64,000 bases of DNA, from the NCBI GenBank assembly GCA_028534125.1, contig CM052816.1:61444001-61508000 (forward strand), read 5' to 3'. The position numbers were made by a program, and so were the translations under genes. Shown piece by piece: positions 51,945-64,000 of the stretch. The number at the start of each line of letters is the position of its first letter. The first letter of the stretch is position 1. The notes below the pieces were generated by a model, which made no database searches, was not told the DNA's origin, and saw nothing but the letters and a program-made list of their open reading frames with translations. Source of the DNA: Lama glama. Its lineage: Eukaryota.

Positions 51945-54278
51945 TTCCCCCCAGATTTATTGTGATGTAATTGACATATAACATTGTGTAAGGTTAGGGT
52001 GTACAATATAACAGTTTGATATAGTATGTATATATTATAAAATAATTACTAGAAAAAAGTTATTTAACTCATCCATCACCTCACATAGCTACCTTTTTTT
52101 TTTTTACCTTTTGTGGAGAAAACTTTGAAGATTTACTTTCTAAGCACCTTTCAAATTTACAATACAGTGTTAACTATAGTCATCATATTGTACATTAAAG
52201 CCTAGAACTTCTTCATCTTATAACTGGGAATTTGTACTCTTTGACCACCTTCATTTCCCTCCTATTTTTCTACTTCAATCTCTGCCACTCCCTGACAATC
52301 ACTGATCTAATCCCTGTTTCTATGAATCAGGTTTTTTTTTTTGGACACCACGTGTAAGTGAGGTCATTTGGTATTTGTCTTTCTCTGTGTTTTTTATTTC
52401 ACTTAATACACTTATTTCACTAATCACAATATCCTTAAGACCCATGCAGATTGTCACAAATGGTAGGATTGCCTTCTTTTTTATAGCTAAATAATATTAC
52501 ACAAATACCCACAACATTTTCTTTATCCAATCATCACTCACCTATGTGTTGGCTATTGTAAATAATGCTGCAGCAAACATGGGGGTGCAGCTATCTCTGA
52601 GACAGCGATTTTATTCCCTTTGGGTATGCACCCAGAAGTGGGTGTCCTGGATCATATGGTAGTTCTGTTTTTATTTTGTTGAGGAACCTCTATACTGTTT
52701 TCCATAGTGGTTGCACCAATTTACATTGCTATCCAAATTGTACAAAGGTTCCCTTTGCCATCACTTGTTATCTCTTTTTGATAATAGCTATTCTAACAGA
52801 CATGAGGTGATAACTCATTGTGGTTTTGATTTGTATTTCCCCAGTGATTTGTGATGTTGAGGATCTTTTCATGTGCCTATTGGCCATTTTTATGTCTTTT
52901 TTTGTAAAAATGTCTATCCAAGTCCTTTGCCCAAATTTTAATTGAATTATTTGTTCTCTGCTATTGAGTTTATGAGTTCCTTATATATTTCGGCTACTAT
53001 CCCTTATCAGATATATAGTTTACAAATACTTTTCCCATTCTGTTGGTTGTCTTTTCATTTTGTTGATTGTTCTTTTGCTCTACTGAAGGTATTTAGTTTG
53101 ATGTAATCCTGCTTGATTTTCTGGCTTTTGGTGTAATAGCCAAAAGATCATTGCTAAGACCAATGTCAAGGAGCTTTTCCCCTTTATTTTTCAGTTTAAG
53201 GTTTTTAACATTTACATCTTTATTCTGTTTATTTTTTTCTGTTTTTATTCTATTATACCTTTATTCTATTTTAAGTTATTTTTTGTGAATGGTGTAAAAT
53301 AGGGGTCTAATTTCATTCTTTTGTATGGGAATATCAAGTTTTCCTAACACCATTTATTGAAGAACTATTCTTTCCACATAAATTTCTTGGCTCCCTCGTC
53401 GGATATTAGTTGACTACATATATGTGGGTTATTTTAACAAATTTAACTCTTCTCATCCGTGAACATGGGATATCTTTTCGTTTATTTGTGTCTTATTCAA
53501 TTTCTTACATACATGTCTTACAGATTTTAGTGTATGAATCTTTATCTCCTTGGCTAAACTGATTCCTAATTTTTTTTGATGCTTTTGTAAATGAGATTGT
53601 TTTCTTTATTTGTTTTTTAGATAGTTCATTATTAGTGTATATAAATGCAACTGATTTTTGTATGGTGATTTTTTTGGTATCCTGTACTTTATTGAATCCA
53701 TTTATTAGTTCTAACCATTTGTTGGTGGAGCCTTTAGATTTTGTATATATATGATTATGTCATCTGCACACGAGGACAGTTTTACTTTTTCCTTTCTGAT
53801 TTGGATACTTTTAATTTCTTTTTCTTGCCATATTGGTCTGGCTAGGACTTCTAGTACTAAGTCAAATAGGAGTGATCAGGGTGGATAGGTCACCCTTGAC
53901 TTGTTTCTCATCTTTGAGAGACTGTTGTCAAACCTTTCACTGTTGACTATAATATAACTGTGGGATCGTCATATTTGTTATATGGGCCATTACCATATTG
54001 AGGTATGTTCCTTCTATACCTACTTTGTTGAGAGTTTTTATAATGAAAGGATGTTGAATTTTGTCATATGTTTTTTCTGCATCTACTGAAGTGATTATAT
54101 GATTTGTATCTTTTTTATTAATGTGATGTACCACATTTATTGATTTGTGTATGTTGAACCATCTTTGAATTTCAAGGATGAATTCTACTTTATCTGGTGT
54201 ATACCTTTTAATGTGCTCAGTATTTTTGTTTGCTGGTATTTTGCTGAGAATTTTTGCATCTATATTCATTAAGGATAC
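51945..54278 (-). mobile_element. 5'-truncated L1 (L1MA9-like) 3'UTR and ORF2
   Basis: ORF 53937-54269(-) [11 protein letters not shown]...[16 protein letters not shown]...[18 protein letters not shown] is the L1 RT region. L1MA-type 3'UTR from about 51955. Confidence 0.92.
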
Positions 54279-54869
54279 TAAAAGGAATTTGTAACGGCAT
54301 TTTCCCTGTAAACTTCTTCAAGCAGTTTTACAAATTGTCAACTATCTGTAGGTTCAGTAAGTGTAACATTGTAAGCAAAGAGAGTAATAAAAAAGCATTC
54401 TTTTTATCTTACTACCTATTTGTCTTCTGGAGAAAGGATAATTTGTTAAGTACTCTTTGACTTCAATATTTGAATTAATTTTCAAGATTGCCTTTAAATG
54501 AACAACTATAAAGTAATACATATGTCAGCACTTTTTGAAAATCAGTTTTTAACAAGAAAAATAAAGCATTGCCAATTTGAAATGTTGATAAAATTTGGTA
54601 GAGTTGGCAGGAAATGGTTGGAGTATACTTCTCACATCCTGAGATTCTAAGTAAGTTAGAAAGAAATATAAAAATGTAATGTTTTTAAAATTGCATGATT
54701 ATCATGTTTTAGATGGCTCTAAAGTTACTTGATAGTTGAGACATTTAAACCTTTAAACAATCAGAGAGTTTTAAATTTTTAAATCACTGGGCAGTTTTAT
54801 AATGTTGGCTTCTCCAGTGTTTTAGAACCTACTAAAGTAGATTGATCTTTAGATTCCAACAATAAAAAT

Positions 54870-55920
54870 ATTCTAACTTTGCAAAGAAAAGGAGGACTTA
54901 GAGGCTCCTCAGAGAAATGGCTGATTTCAGGAGTAGGTTAGGATCAGTGTTAAAAAAATGATAGCATTATGTAACAAGAACACAAGAGCCCGACTGAAGG
55001 GGTTCACATTTGCCAACTTGGGACCAACTGGGCATCAAAAGAATTAATTACAGTAATAAATTATAAACCATTGAAAAACTAGTAATTGATGTATCCATAA
55101 ATAGAAAGAGAGGGTCTTCTAATAGAATGCTGAGGGTTGACTGTAAATATAGAGGACGTCTGAGTTGGAAAATCATCATGGTAAAAGTTAGATCAGGCAA
55201 AGATCATGTATGAATGTTAAATCTAGAGAGAAATTTTGATGAGGATCAGGGCATTCGAGTGACTTCAAGTAACAAGTTACTTATTAGGTTTCAAAAGTGG
55301 AAAAAAAAGTCCCAGAAATTATGCAGCGGAGAAATCAGGCAACAGCTTGATTAGGTAATAAAAGTGTACAGAATGAATGAAGGACAAATAGACCTAGTAT
55401 ATCTCCAGATGTGATATTCTGGTCAAGAATGCCTGATTTCATCCTAATCACATTAGACAAATGCAAAATGAGGAATGTTTTATTTAAAGAAAGGAAGAAG
55501 GAACGTGTCCTTTAAAAATGTCAGTGTTATAAAAGACAAAGTCTGTGAAAATGGGTACATAAAAAGATATTGAAGAGACATGACAACTAAACGTAACACA
55601 TGACCCTAGACTGTTTTTCCTGCTGGAGGAGAAAAAATAAGTACTATTTAGGGCATTATTAGGTCAACTGGCAAAGTTAGAATATTAGATAAAAGTATTT
55701 TATAAATGTAAATTTATGTAGTTGATATTCTTTGTGGCTATACAAGAAAATATGCCTAAGTGAATTTCTTAGGAAATATACACTGACATTTTAAGGGTAA
55801 AGTTTCATGATGTGTGTAACTTACCATCAAATGGTTCAGAAAGAGATTTATGTGTGTATATAGAGAGCAGGGTGTGAATAATAATGCAAATAGAAATTGT
55901 TAACAGTAGCTGAGTCTGGG
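54870..55920 (+). mobile_element. L1MC/MD-type long 3'UTR fragment
   Basis: gagaaatggctgatttcagg...agagacatgacaactaaacgtaac...ttcttaggaaatatacactga. Confidence 0.75.
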
Positions 55921-57346
55921 CTAGTCCCTATGATTTTGGCAGCTGGTATAATCAAAGCTGTGAGAAAGGTTGTTGTAGTAAAGATAAAAGAAAAATAGCA
56001 ATGAGCTTATTGTTAATGTCCTCATCTCTATTATTTTGGTGTATTTAGGTATGTAAGTAAGAAGGGATGCAAACTATTATCTGTTCTTTTAGCATATGTA
56101 CAGTTAGAGAACAAACAGCATACTTACTTTCAATGACCTGAGTGACTATGAATTTTACCGTTACTTGGGAAAGTATTTGCCAATCTGTGCTTGTGTACTA
56201 ACCATTCTTCTGTTTATACCTTACTTTGAAAGTTCCCTTTGCTTCTGTCCTGCAGCCCTGTAGCTAATCTTCTAATCTACCCTAATTTTCACCAGTTTAC
56301 TGAAATCTCTGGCAGCCTATTCTCAATCACTTCTTTACTTATTTTCTCTTCTAGTCTTTGACCCAGAGTTCCTCTCATGAATTAGTCAGGAGGATTCCTG
56401 ACCAATTCAAACAGTTTTAAAATGCTTGACTAAGCAAGTCACAACACCAGGTGATCTCTCTCTCTGTAGTAGACCTGGTCTCTGATGAATTTTGTTGTAT
56501 TTGTGTCTTTGTTATTCTTAATATGCTTGTATCAAACTATTTATGGAAAGAGTTTATTAATTAAATGAAAAAACTACCTTGTTTTCAGTGACTTTCTACT
56601 TCTTTCAGGATTGTTGGAGAGGGCTAGAATTATTTTATAACCTGTTGAGCCCTAGCTACTTCAGCTTCTAAGAAACTTCATGATTTCAAGCTTTGAGGGT
56701 TCTCTTGAATACCTGTTCAATAGAACAGATTCTCTTTGTTAGAACCTCCTGTTCTCTTCATTAAATCAAAGAAATACATTTCTAATGATAAACTCCCAAG
56801 AATGGTCATTAAAGGTGACTTTTTTTCACTCGAATGATGCCACAAAAATGAGTATTAAATCTGCCAATCTCTACTCATTTGTTAATTTCTGCTATATCAA
56901 GGCTGAAAATGGAAATCAAATCATGCCCATCAGACCACCCTTCTCCACCCCCCAACTATTACCATGGACTGGGAAAAACAAGCACACCTAGCGAAATGCC
57001 AGATAACTATGTAATAATAGATATGTACAAGGAAAGGGGTGGGTACTACATTTTAATGAGATCTATCTTGGACTAAGCACTATTTATGCATTATCCCAGT
57101 TTCAAAAAAAAAAGAAAAGCACTAATTCCTTTTAAAGAAAAAAATATTGTCTCAGATACTCAATATGAAATCTAAATATTTTATTATCATTGTTATTTAA
57201 ATATAAATGTGCAAATATAAAACAAAGTATGATTTTCTTATGCTCATAGGTCTTATAGAATCATAAAACCAAAATGAATTATAAATATAATAACAAGTAC
57301 AAAACCAATAAAAGTTACATCACCTTCAAGGCAAAAAGTATTATTG

Positions 57347-57481
57347 GGGAAAAGGGTATACCTCAAGTGGTAGAATGCATGCTTAGCATGCACAAGGATC
57401 TGGTGCATGTACCTCCTCTAAAAACAAACAAACAAACAAACAAACCTAATGACCTCCCCCAACAAAGACAAAACTATAAAA
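57347..57481 (+). mobile_element. tRNA-Ala-derived SINE (Vic-1-like), long form, B box deleted
   Basis: gggaaaagggtatacctcaagtggtagaatgcatgcttagcatgcacaagg...(aaac)n-ctaatgacctccccc-A tail. 14-bp TSD aaaaagtattattg at 57333-57346 and 57482-57495. Confidence 0.9.
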
Positions 57482-57921
57482 AAAAAGTATTATTGATACT
57501 AAATTGCCTCTCAAAGTGATTATGACACATGTTCCTGTGAGTTCAGCATGCCTCTACCATTGTGTGATGATTCTCCCGCTATTTTTCTTTATTCAAACTG
57601 TTAGAAACCTTCATTTATAGAGAATTATGACCTCACTTGGCTTTCACTTGGCACAAATAAATTTTTTATGCAAGTTCCTCTGCTGGATTCTCATTAAACT
57701 ATGACAATTAAAGTAGTCCTTATGGAGGACAATGTAACCCAAAACACAAATGTGAAAGCAGTACTTAAAGAGCTGAAAGTTCATTCACTCTATATGCTTA
57801 TTTTTATCATACATATGTTCATTATTTTATGAAAGATTGTCATCAGAATGAAGATCTAAAACTAAAAATAATAGATCATCCCTGACCAGGGGGAGTTTGT
57901 GCACCCCCTGGATGAGAGACA

Positions 57922-58040
57922 CTGCATTATCAAATTTAATCCTTGTAACAACCTTAATAGATTGATATTTTTTTCTCCATTTTACAGATGAGAAGACTGA
58001 GGTTCAGAAAAATTAAATGCTTCAGATCACATAGTAGAAA
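57922..58040 (-). mobile_element. MIR
   Basis: atttaatccttgtaacaacc...ctccattttacagatgagaagactgaggttcaga. Confidence 0.85.
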
Positions 58041-58846
58041 GCATATTTAGGAGAACACTTAGGTGCATTGGACTAGAGCAGGGTAGTAATGGAGGAGCGA
58101 TAAGGGTTAGGTTGCATGTTATACTTAGTGTACCAGTCTTATAACATTTATTGTACAAATTTTATCATTTATTTTTTTTCTTTGTTCTCACACCTTATAT
58201 AGATATGCTAAGGCAGAAGAATGCTATGTTAAGTTCACTATTGTTTCAATTCACTGAGTAGTCTTTTGCATATGGTAGCATACGGTAATCTACAAATTTT
58301 TTGGCCAAAAGATTAACCAACAAACCTCACTGTGGAAATTTTCAGGGTAACCCATGAGTTTAATCCAATGAGATGCACATCAAACAACTTACTGATGATC
58401 TCCTTCATCACCTCTGAGACCATACATAAACGTCACTACTATAAAACTGTTGATGATTACCTATTTGTAGAGTAAGAAACTTATTCCTGAAGTCAAGTGC
58501 CCTGTTCCCATCACTCAGATATCAGGTTGACTTGACTTAACCATGAATCTAAAGTAACAGTGACCTTACTGTTAACCTGGCAGACATTTTAAAGCCTTCA
58601 ATTTAAAAGTTACATTGTCACCATGTATAAAGTATAAAATTCTAGTCCTGTGCTGGAGGTAGAATTATAAAATTTGAAAAGTGTTAAAAAATGTATAAAA
58701 TTTGAACTAGTTATAATAGTTTAATGATGGAAATAAGGGATGGTGGAATTAGCTAATCTGTGAGCTACCTTTTCTTTCTTATTCTGAATGTGCTTTAAAT
58801 GAAGTGACTATGAATTTTTTTGTGTGTTTAAAGGTAATTACATATA

Positions 58847-58871
58847 TGTGTGTGTGTGTGTGTGTGTGTGT
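58847..58871 (+). repeat. (TG)12 microsatellite
   Basis: Seen directly. Confidence 0.95.
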
Positions 58872-59269
58872 AACTAGTTTTCTAGCATTTACACTAAAAT
58901 TCAGACTAGTGGTGTAGGCTTTATTTCTTAGTACTGAATATTTTTATTAAAATAAATAGATTACCTATGCTGGGATCAATAAATGTCAATTATCGTGCAT
59001 ATTTCCCCATATTTTGAACCGAAGAATGACTCTACTGAAGAAATTTCAAGTACCATGGAAGGCCAATATGAGGTAATTTTGAAATTGTATGTTATCCAAA
59101 TAATTAAAATAGAAACCGGCTTGCATTGTTGTTCTTCCTTCTTTAACAAATCAAATGAAATCATCTTTGTTTCTCAATAATTATTTTGTATTCATCAGGA
59201 GCAAAAAGTTAGTGCAAGTTAATGGTTGTTAAGATGTTGATTAAAGAAGCTAATAGCAGTGCTTGTTAA

Positions 59270-59530
59270 GGTCACAGGCCCTCATATCCCCTGTGTTTGG
59301 GTAAAATAAATTGATATATCATTACTGAAAGGCATTTTGTCAATACGAATCAACAGTCTTAACATTTATATACACCTTGGATCCATCAAGTGCATTTTTA
59401 GGAATCCCTTTTAAGGGCATAGATAGATACATCATCAAAGATTTATTTATAAGGATATTCATTGCCTTTTTTTTTCATAATAGGAGAAAACTGGATGCAA
59501 TATAAGTAACCAATTAAGGAGGATGTTTAA
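59270..59530 (+). mobile_element. Old L1ME ORF2-end/3' fragment
   Basis: ccctcatatccc...gaaaggcattttgtcaatac...ttttaggaatcc...aaggatattcattgc. Confidence 0.6.
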
Positions 59531-60703
59531 ATATAAAATTTCAAATATATACAAAAATAGAATAGACATACTCATTAACCAATGTCAATAAAGGCACTTT
59601 TTTAAAAAAAGAAAAATGTGGGATGTTTTCAGTGTTAGGCATGATGTCATAATATATGGGTTTAAGTTCAGTTAGAAGAAAAACATCTAAAGTGTAGCTG
59701 AGAAACCATTGCTATAATTCTTTGTTGAGCACTCACAAACCTGGTAGAATATAACTTAATTAGTAAATTACAATCTTTGTTGTTAAAATATTCAATTATC
59801 AGGCTAGAGGGGTTCTGATTAAATAAACTAAAATCTGATTACCATAAACACTTTTTCTTTTCTCTGACCATAGAAGTCATCACTGCCCCACAGGTCTTAG
59901 TCCTTCCTCTATGCTCAGCCAAAATGAGAGTGGTAAATTGTAATCATCATGTTGAACCTTATGTTTGGGCAGTGCTTATACTCTGAGATATTTCACATAC
60001 TGCACTATTCCTTTTGATAATTTTTAAATTCCTGCAACCACTTCTTCTCAGGTATTATAAAATTGGCTGTGTTTGCTCCTTTATAAAACACTCAGTAATT
60101 GGATACAATATTGTGCTGTAGCAAATAGGAAGGACAAGCATCCTTCTATCCTGATGCTTTTAAAATTCATTGAGAATCAGATTTATTCTGAGAAATTGTT
60201 TATCGTAATATGGAAAGGATTATTCAAAATATAAATAATAGTATATGAAATACTAAAAATGTAAACAATAAACATAATAATAAAATGATAATTTTTTTTT
60301 AAACTAAGTAATACCATGAGCCAGTCCTCTGCTAAGCACTTTATACATATTAGTGGAGTTGTTTTTTTTTAATGGGATTCACATGTTGAAGAGAAGTGAA
60401 GAAAGTGGTATATACAGAGTGGATTGCTTGAATGGGGATACATTAAAAATAGGGAGGCCAATTCAGAGACTGTTGGGACAAATCAGACTTGAAAGATTAA
60501 ACTGAATTAGCACTATCTTGAAAAAAAGATTGATAGAATTGATGGTTAATTGGATATCAGAAGATGAGACGGATAAGCTAAAGATTATTCAAGATGTCTA
60601 GGAGCATAATGATAGTATAGAAAAATTTGTTGGAGAAAATAATGCATTTTGTATTTGATGGGATAATCATACATCTAATTTGAAATGCCCATTTGTCAGA
60701 TGC

Positions 60704-61179
60704 TGTATGGTTGGATTGTATCTCCCTAAAAAAAGAAACTTTGAAGTCCTAACACCCAGTACCCCAAGTGACCTTACTTGGAAATGGAGTTGTGGCAGAT
60801 CTAATTATTTAAGTTAAAGTTATGTCATTACTGGAATAGCATGGCCCTTACTTCAGTATGACTGGTGTCCTTATAAGAAGAAGAGAAGAGACAAAGAGAC
60901 AGAGACAGAGACACACAGGGAGAAAACAGCCATGTGACTACAGAGTCAGATATTGAAGTGATGCATGTATAAACCAAGGGGTCCCAGGGATTACCAGCGA
61001 ATAAGGGAAGCTGGAAGAGGCAAGGAATGATTCTCCCCTATAGGTTCCAGAGGGAGTATGGCCCTGCTGACCACTTAATTTAGAATTTCTACCCTCCAAA
61101 TTGTGAGGCAATGAATTTCTGTTGTCTTAAACCACCCATTTTGTTGTACTTTGGTATACAGCCACAGGAAACTAATACA
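60704..61179 (+). mobile_element. MLT1C-type solo LTR with 5-bp TSD
   Basis: tgtatggttggattgtatctccc...gactggtgtccttataagaag...cagccacaggaaactaataca. TSD gatgc/aatgc. Confidence 0.9.
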
Positions 61180-61865
61180 AATGCTAATGCTATTGTTTGA
61201 TTATTCTTTTTAACCATTCTCTTTCCCCAGCTTCCTCCCTGGGAAGAACTTAAAAAAACAAAACATAAATAAGTAAATGAAGTCAAAAGTAGAGAGGAGA
61301 GTTTGTTAAATTTTTAAAAATATCTTCGCATTTATTAGTGTTTTATTTTCTTATCATTATTCTTAAATGGAATTTTAGTGTGGGCCAAATCATCTTGTTA
61401 AATTATGCAGGGATAGCTCATTAGAGTGCTCTGCATATGCTTTCAGGAAATAAAGATAATAATGAGTCTTTCCAGCTTGTTTGGCAGTTTAAAATCCCAT
61501 AACCTACATTTTCAAGAATATCAGATGTCAGAATGAAGTGGAAATTTAGCTATATGAAATGGGAAGAATATGGAGATAACAAAGTAATCAAAGGAAGCAT
61601 GGTCACAGGGCATGTGGTAATGACATACGCTCAAACGCTTTGAGGACTTGCTATAATAAAAAAAAATTAAACAGGGAGAGAGTAGTAAATGCTTGTCTTT
61701 GTCACTCTCTTTAAAGAGGTCCCATTTAAGTGCTTGTATTAATGCTGGTGTCTTAACTGTCAAATTCGGCTTTTTTAATGATTGAAAGGATATCCAGGTT
61801 GTGTCTAATTTTAGACACTTCCTTTTCCCCTTAATAGGTTTTTCTGGCTTGGTTTCTGGTGTCAG

Positions 61866-61900
61866 TCTATCTGTCTGTCTGTATCTATCTATCTATCTAT
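61866..61900 (+). repeat. (TCTG)n(TCTA)n compound tetranucleotide repeat
   Basis: Seen directly. Confidence 0.85.
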
Positions 61901-63759
61901 ATATCTTTCATGCAGGAATATTCCTCTTTTTATTTTGCTTTTTAAGTTTTGAAGATTGGTCAGTTAGGCTACCAAATATCTGACATAATTTGGGAAGAAT
62001 AACTCTTTTAAGTGCATGGAAACATTTGATGTTTTGGAACTCACCATGCCTAGGCCACAAGTTTTTATTCTTTTTTAAGTGAAAATATAGACTGTGACTC
62101 TCATTGACCTTGCTACATAATTTCCTTTTCCCAGATGGTATACACTATCCATTTAGTTTCCATGCAAAATTCTCCCTTTGATCATTTTAGTAAAGAACAG
62201 TCTTTATTTCCCTAAGTTCTATTATCGACTGTGAAACCTGAGTGACTCTATAGTTTTGTTGGTTTAGATGATTTCTAGAATTGTTATCTTGCTGCAGAAT
62301 TAATCATAGCAAGAGAAATTATGCCAATGTGGAAAACTGTAGGCTGAAAAGAAGCCAGGTAACTCATATTTGTATACTTGTTAATATACCTAATTTATAG
62401 TACTTAATATCTTTATTCAGTTACTAATTTGATTAAATAAAATGCAAAAAAACTTCAATATTCACTCTTAATAAGATGCCATAGGGTTGTTTAAGTGGAT
62501 ACTTAAAATTTTTTTGAGGTATTAGTTTTCTATAAAATATGATTTGGCTGTAATCATAGTTCATTTTTGCTTTATTCAGATTCTACTGTTTTATTTTTTA
62601 AAAAATGAATCATAATAGTGATTAATGGCTCAGCTGGCTAGGAACATAAGAAGATTTGAATGTTTAGCCTCCATCAAAAAGATAGTTTGTCTGTCTGAAT
62701 TTGTATATTTCATAGTTTGAACCATATGAAACCGCCATGTTGTATGTCCAATAGAGAACTTAATATGATTCAACTTGTTACTTAGCTTAGAATAATAAAG
62801 ACTATGGTCTGTCCTGCTTTTGATGCTTCTTCGCAAGACTGTAACACATGAACTATAAAGCAACAGTTTATCCCACTTAGGCATCTTTTGGTACAATTAG
62901 GATAGATGTTCATATTTGAAAGATAGTCAATTTTTTAATCCAGTACTTTAATTATTTTACACTTTAAGATCAATTCATATTTTGAAATCACGGTTCTACA
63001 GCTGATGAAACTAGTACTCTGTATAAAAGTGAAAGTCCCCTCTTACTGCTTAAATGGATATTTGATTATTTAGTTACAACAAATGAAACAAAGACAGAAA
63101 ACCGAACTATTACCACTGGCTTCATTATGGAATTAGATTATTCAAATAAAACAACGTTCTGGAAATGTAATATTAAATTAACTTTATTTGAACAGATACA
63201 AAGCTGCTTCCTAAGGGGAAATTCTGTTTTTTCCTTTATCACTGCATACGTATGATAAAGAGTTTTGTTTTGTCAGCAACACAGAACACCTGCACAAATG
63301 ACATTTCTTAGTAACCCCACTCTTGCAGAGTTAGAAGGGATTATCCAAAAGGAAATGTTACCCATTCATTCTTCTAGGATAGCCCTTATTGTAATCAAAT
63401 TAGATTACTAAACTAAGTGATACACCTTACAAAGACTCAGATTATAGCTTTGTGTCTCCTTTCAGTTTATCCCTGGTTCAGGTTCCTTCTCTCCCTCCAG
63501 CTTCTTCTTCCTTCCTTTCGTTCATTATTGTGCCGAGAGTTGGTAAGTATTGTTCAGTCCCAGACAGCTCTTAACACATCGTCTAATTCAGGGAAACTTG
63601 AAAAGAAAATGTTATTCAGTGTCCCTGTGTAAAAACTTGGTGAAATTCTTTATATACTTAATGTTAGAAGAAGTTTGTTTCTGTTAGCACACAAATATGC
63701 ATCCTGTAATTAAATAATGAGTATAATGGAAAATTAAAAGTAAATTATTTACTGGTTTA

Positions 63760-64000
63760 AATTATTTCTTTGTGTGTAAAAGAAGAGTGGAGGTAGCCAG
63801 TCCAAGGGCAGATATAGTGGCTCCCTCTAGATTTCCGTTCTGCTGTACTTCGCATGTGGCTTTTATTTTCTTTCTTCAGACTCAACATGGCTGCTGCATT
63901 TCCAGGCATTACGTTTACTTTCCAGGCAGGAAGAAAAATAAAAATGGTCTTTTTCATGAGGCTTCCTCCCACTCTCTACAAAGAAGGGGAGTTCTCACCA
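63760..64000 (-). mobile_element. Old MLT1 (J/K-like) LTR fragment running off the window
   Basis: gcagtccaagggc-like motif and caacatggctgctgcatttccaggcattacgtttactttccaggcaggaag. Confidence 0.6.

Noticed and set aside
20472..54278. Antisense bias of L1 and LTR insertions
   Set aside because: This is a well-known general property of introns and not novel.
58960..59180. Possible exon or pseudogene fragment ending in GAG|gtaatt
   Set aside because: The acceptor is poor (aaataaatag), the ADAMTS6 frame hits an early stop, and I recognise no homology.

Overview
AT-rich, CpG-depleted mammalian genomic DNA, probably from a camelid: it carries tRNA-Ala-derived Vic-1-like SINEs, and I saw no Alu, Bov-A/Bov-tA or PRE-1. 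The window lies inside the ADAMTS6 gene on the + strand. Four internal coding exons (8878-9046, 14659-14870, 15302-15385, 15900-16045; human exons 4-7 from memory) splice in frame. They encode the end of the prodomain, the furin site and the N-terminal half of the metalloprotease domain. The remaining ~48 kb is the start of a very long intron, and the next exon (YDICTYKNK...) was not found. Introns are filled with old L1, L2, MIR, MaLR LTR and hAT fragments; nearly all other listed ORFs are chance ORFs or decayed L1 ORF1/ORF2. I find no well-supported novel biological system. The best leads are a 42-nt candidate cassette/poison exon with strong splice sites (63501-63542), an apparent ~0.9 kb micro-inversion splitting an L1, an L1 with its 5'UTR fused to mid-ORF2, an internally primed TSD-flanked ORF2 insertion, several ultra-short TSD-flanked retro-insertions and two length classes of the camelid SINE. 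Repeat subfamily names come from recalled consensus sequences, and boundaries of ancient repeats are approximate.
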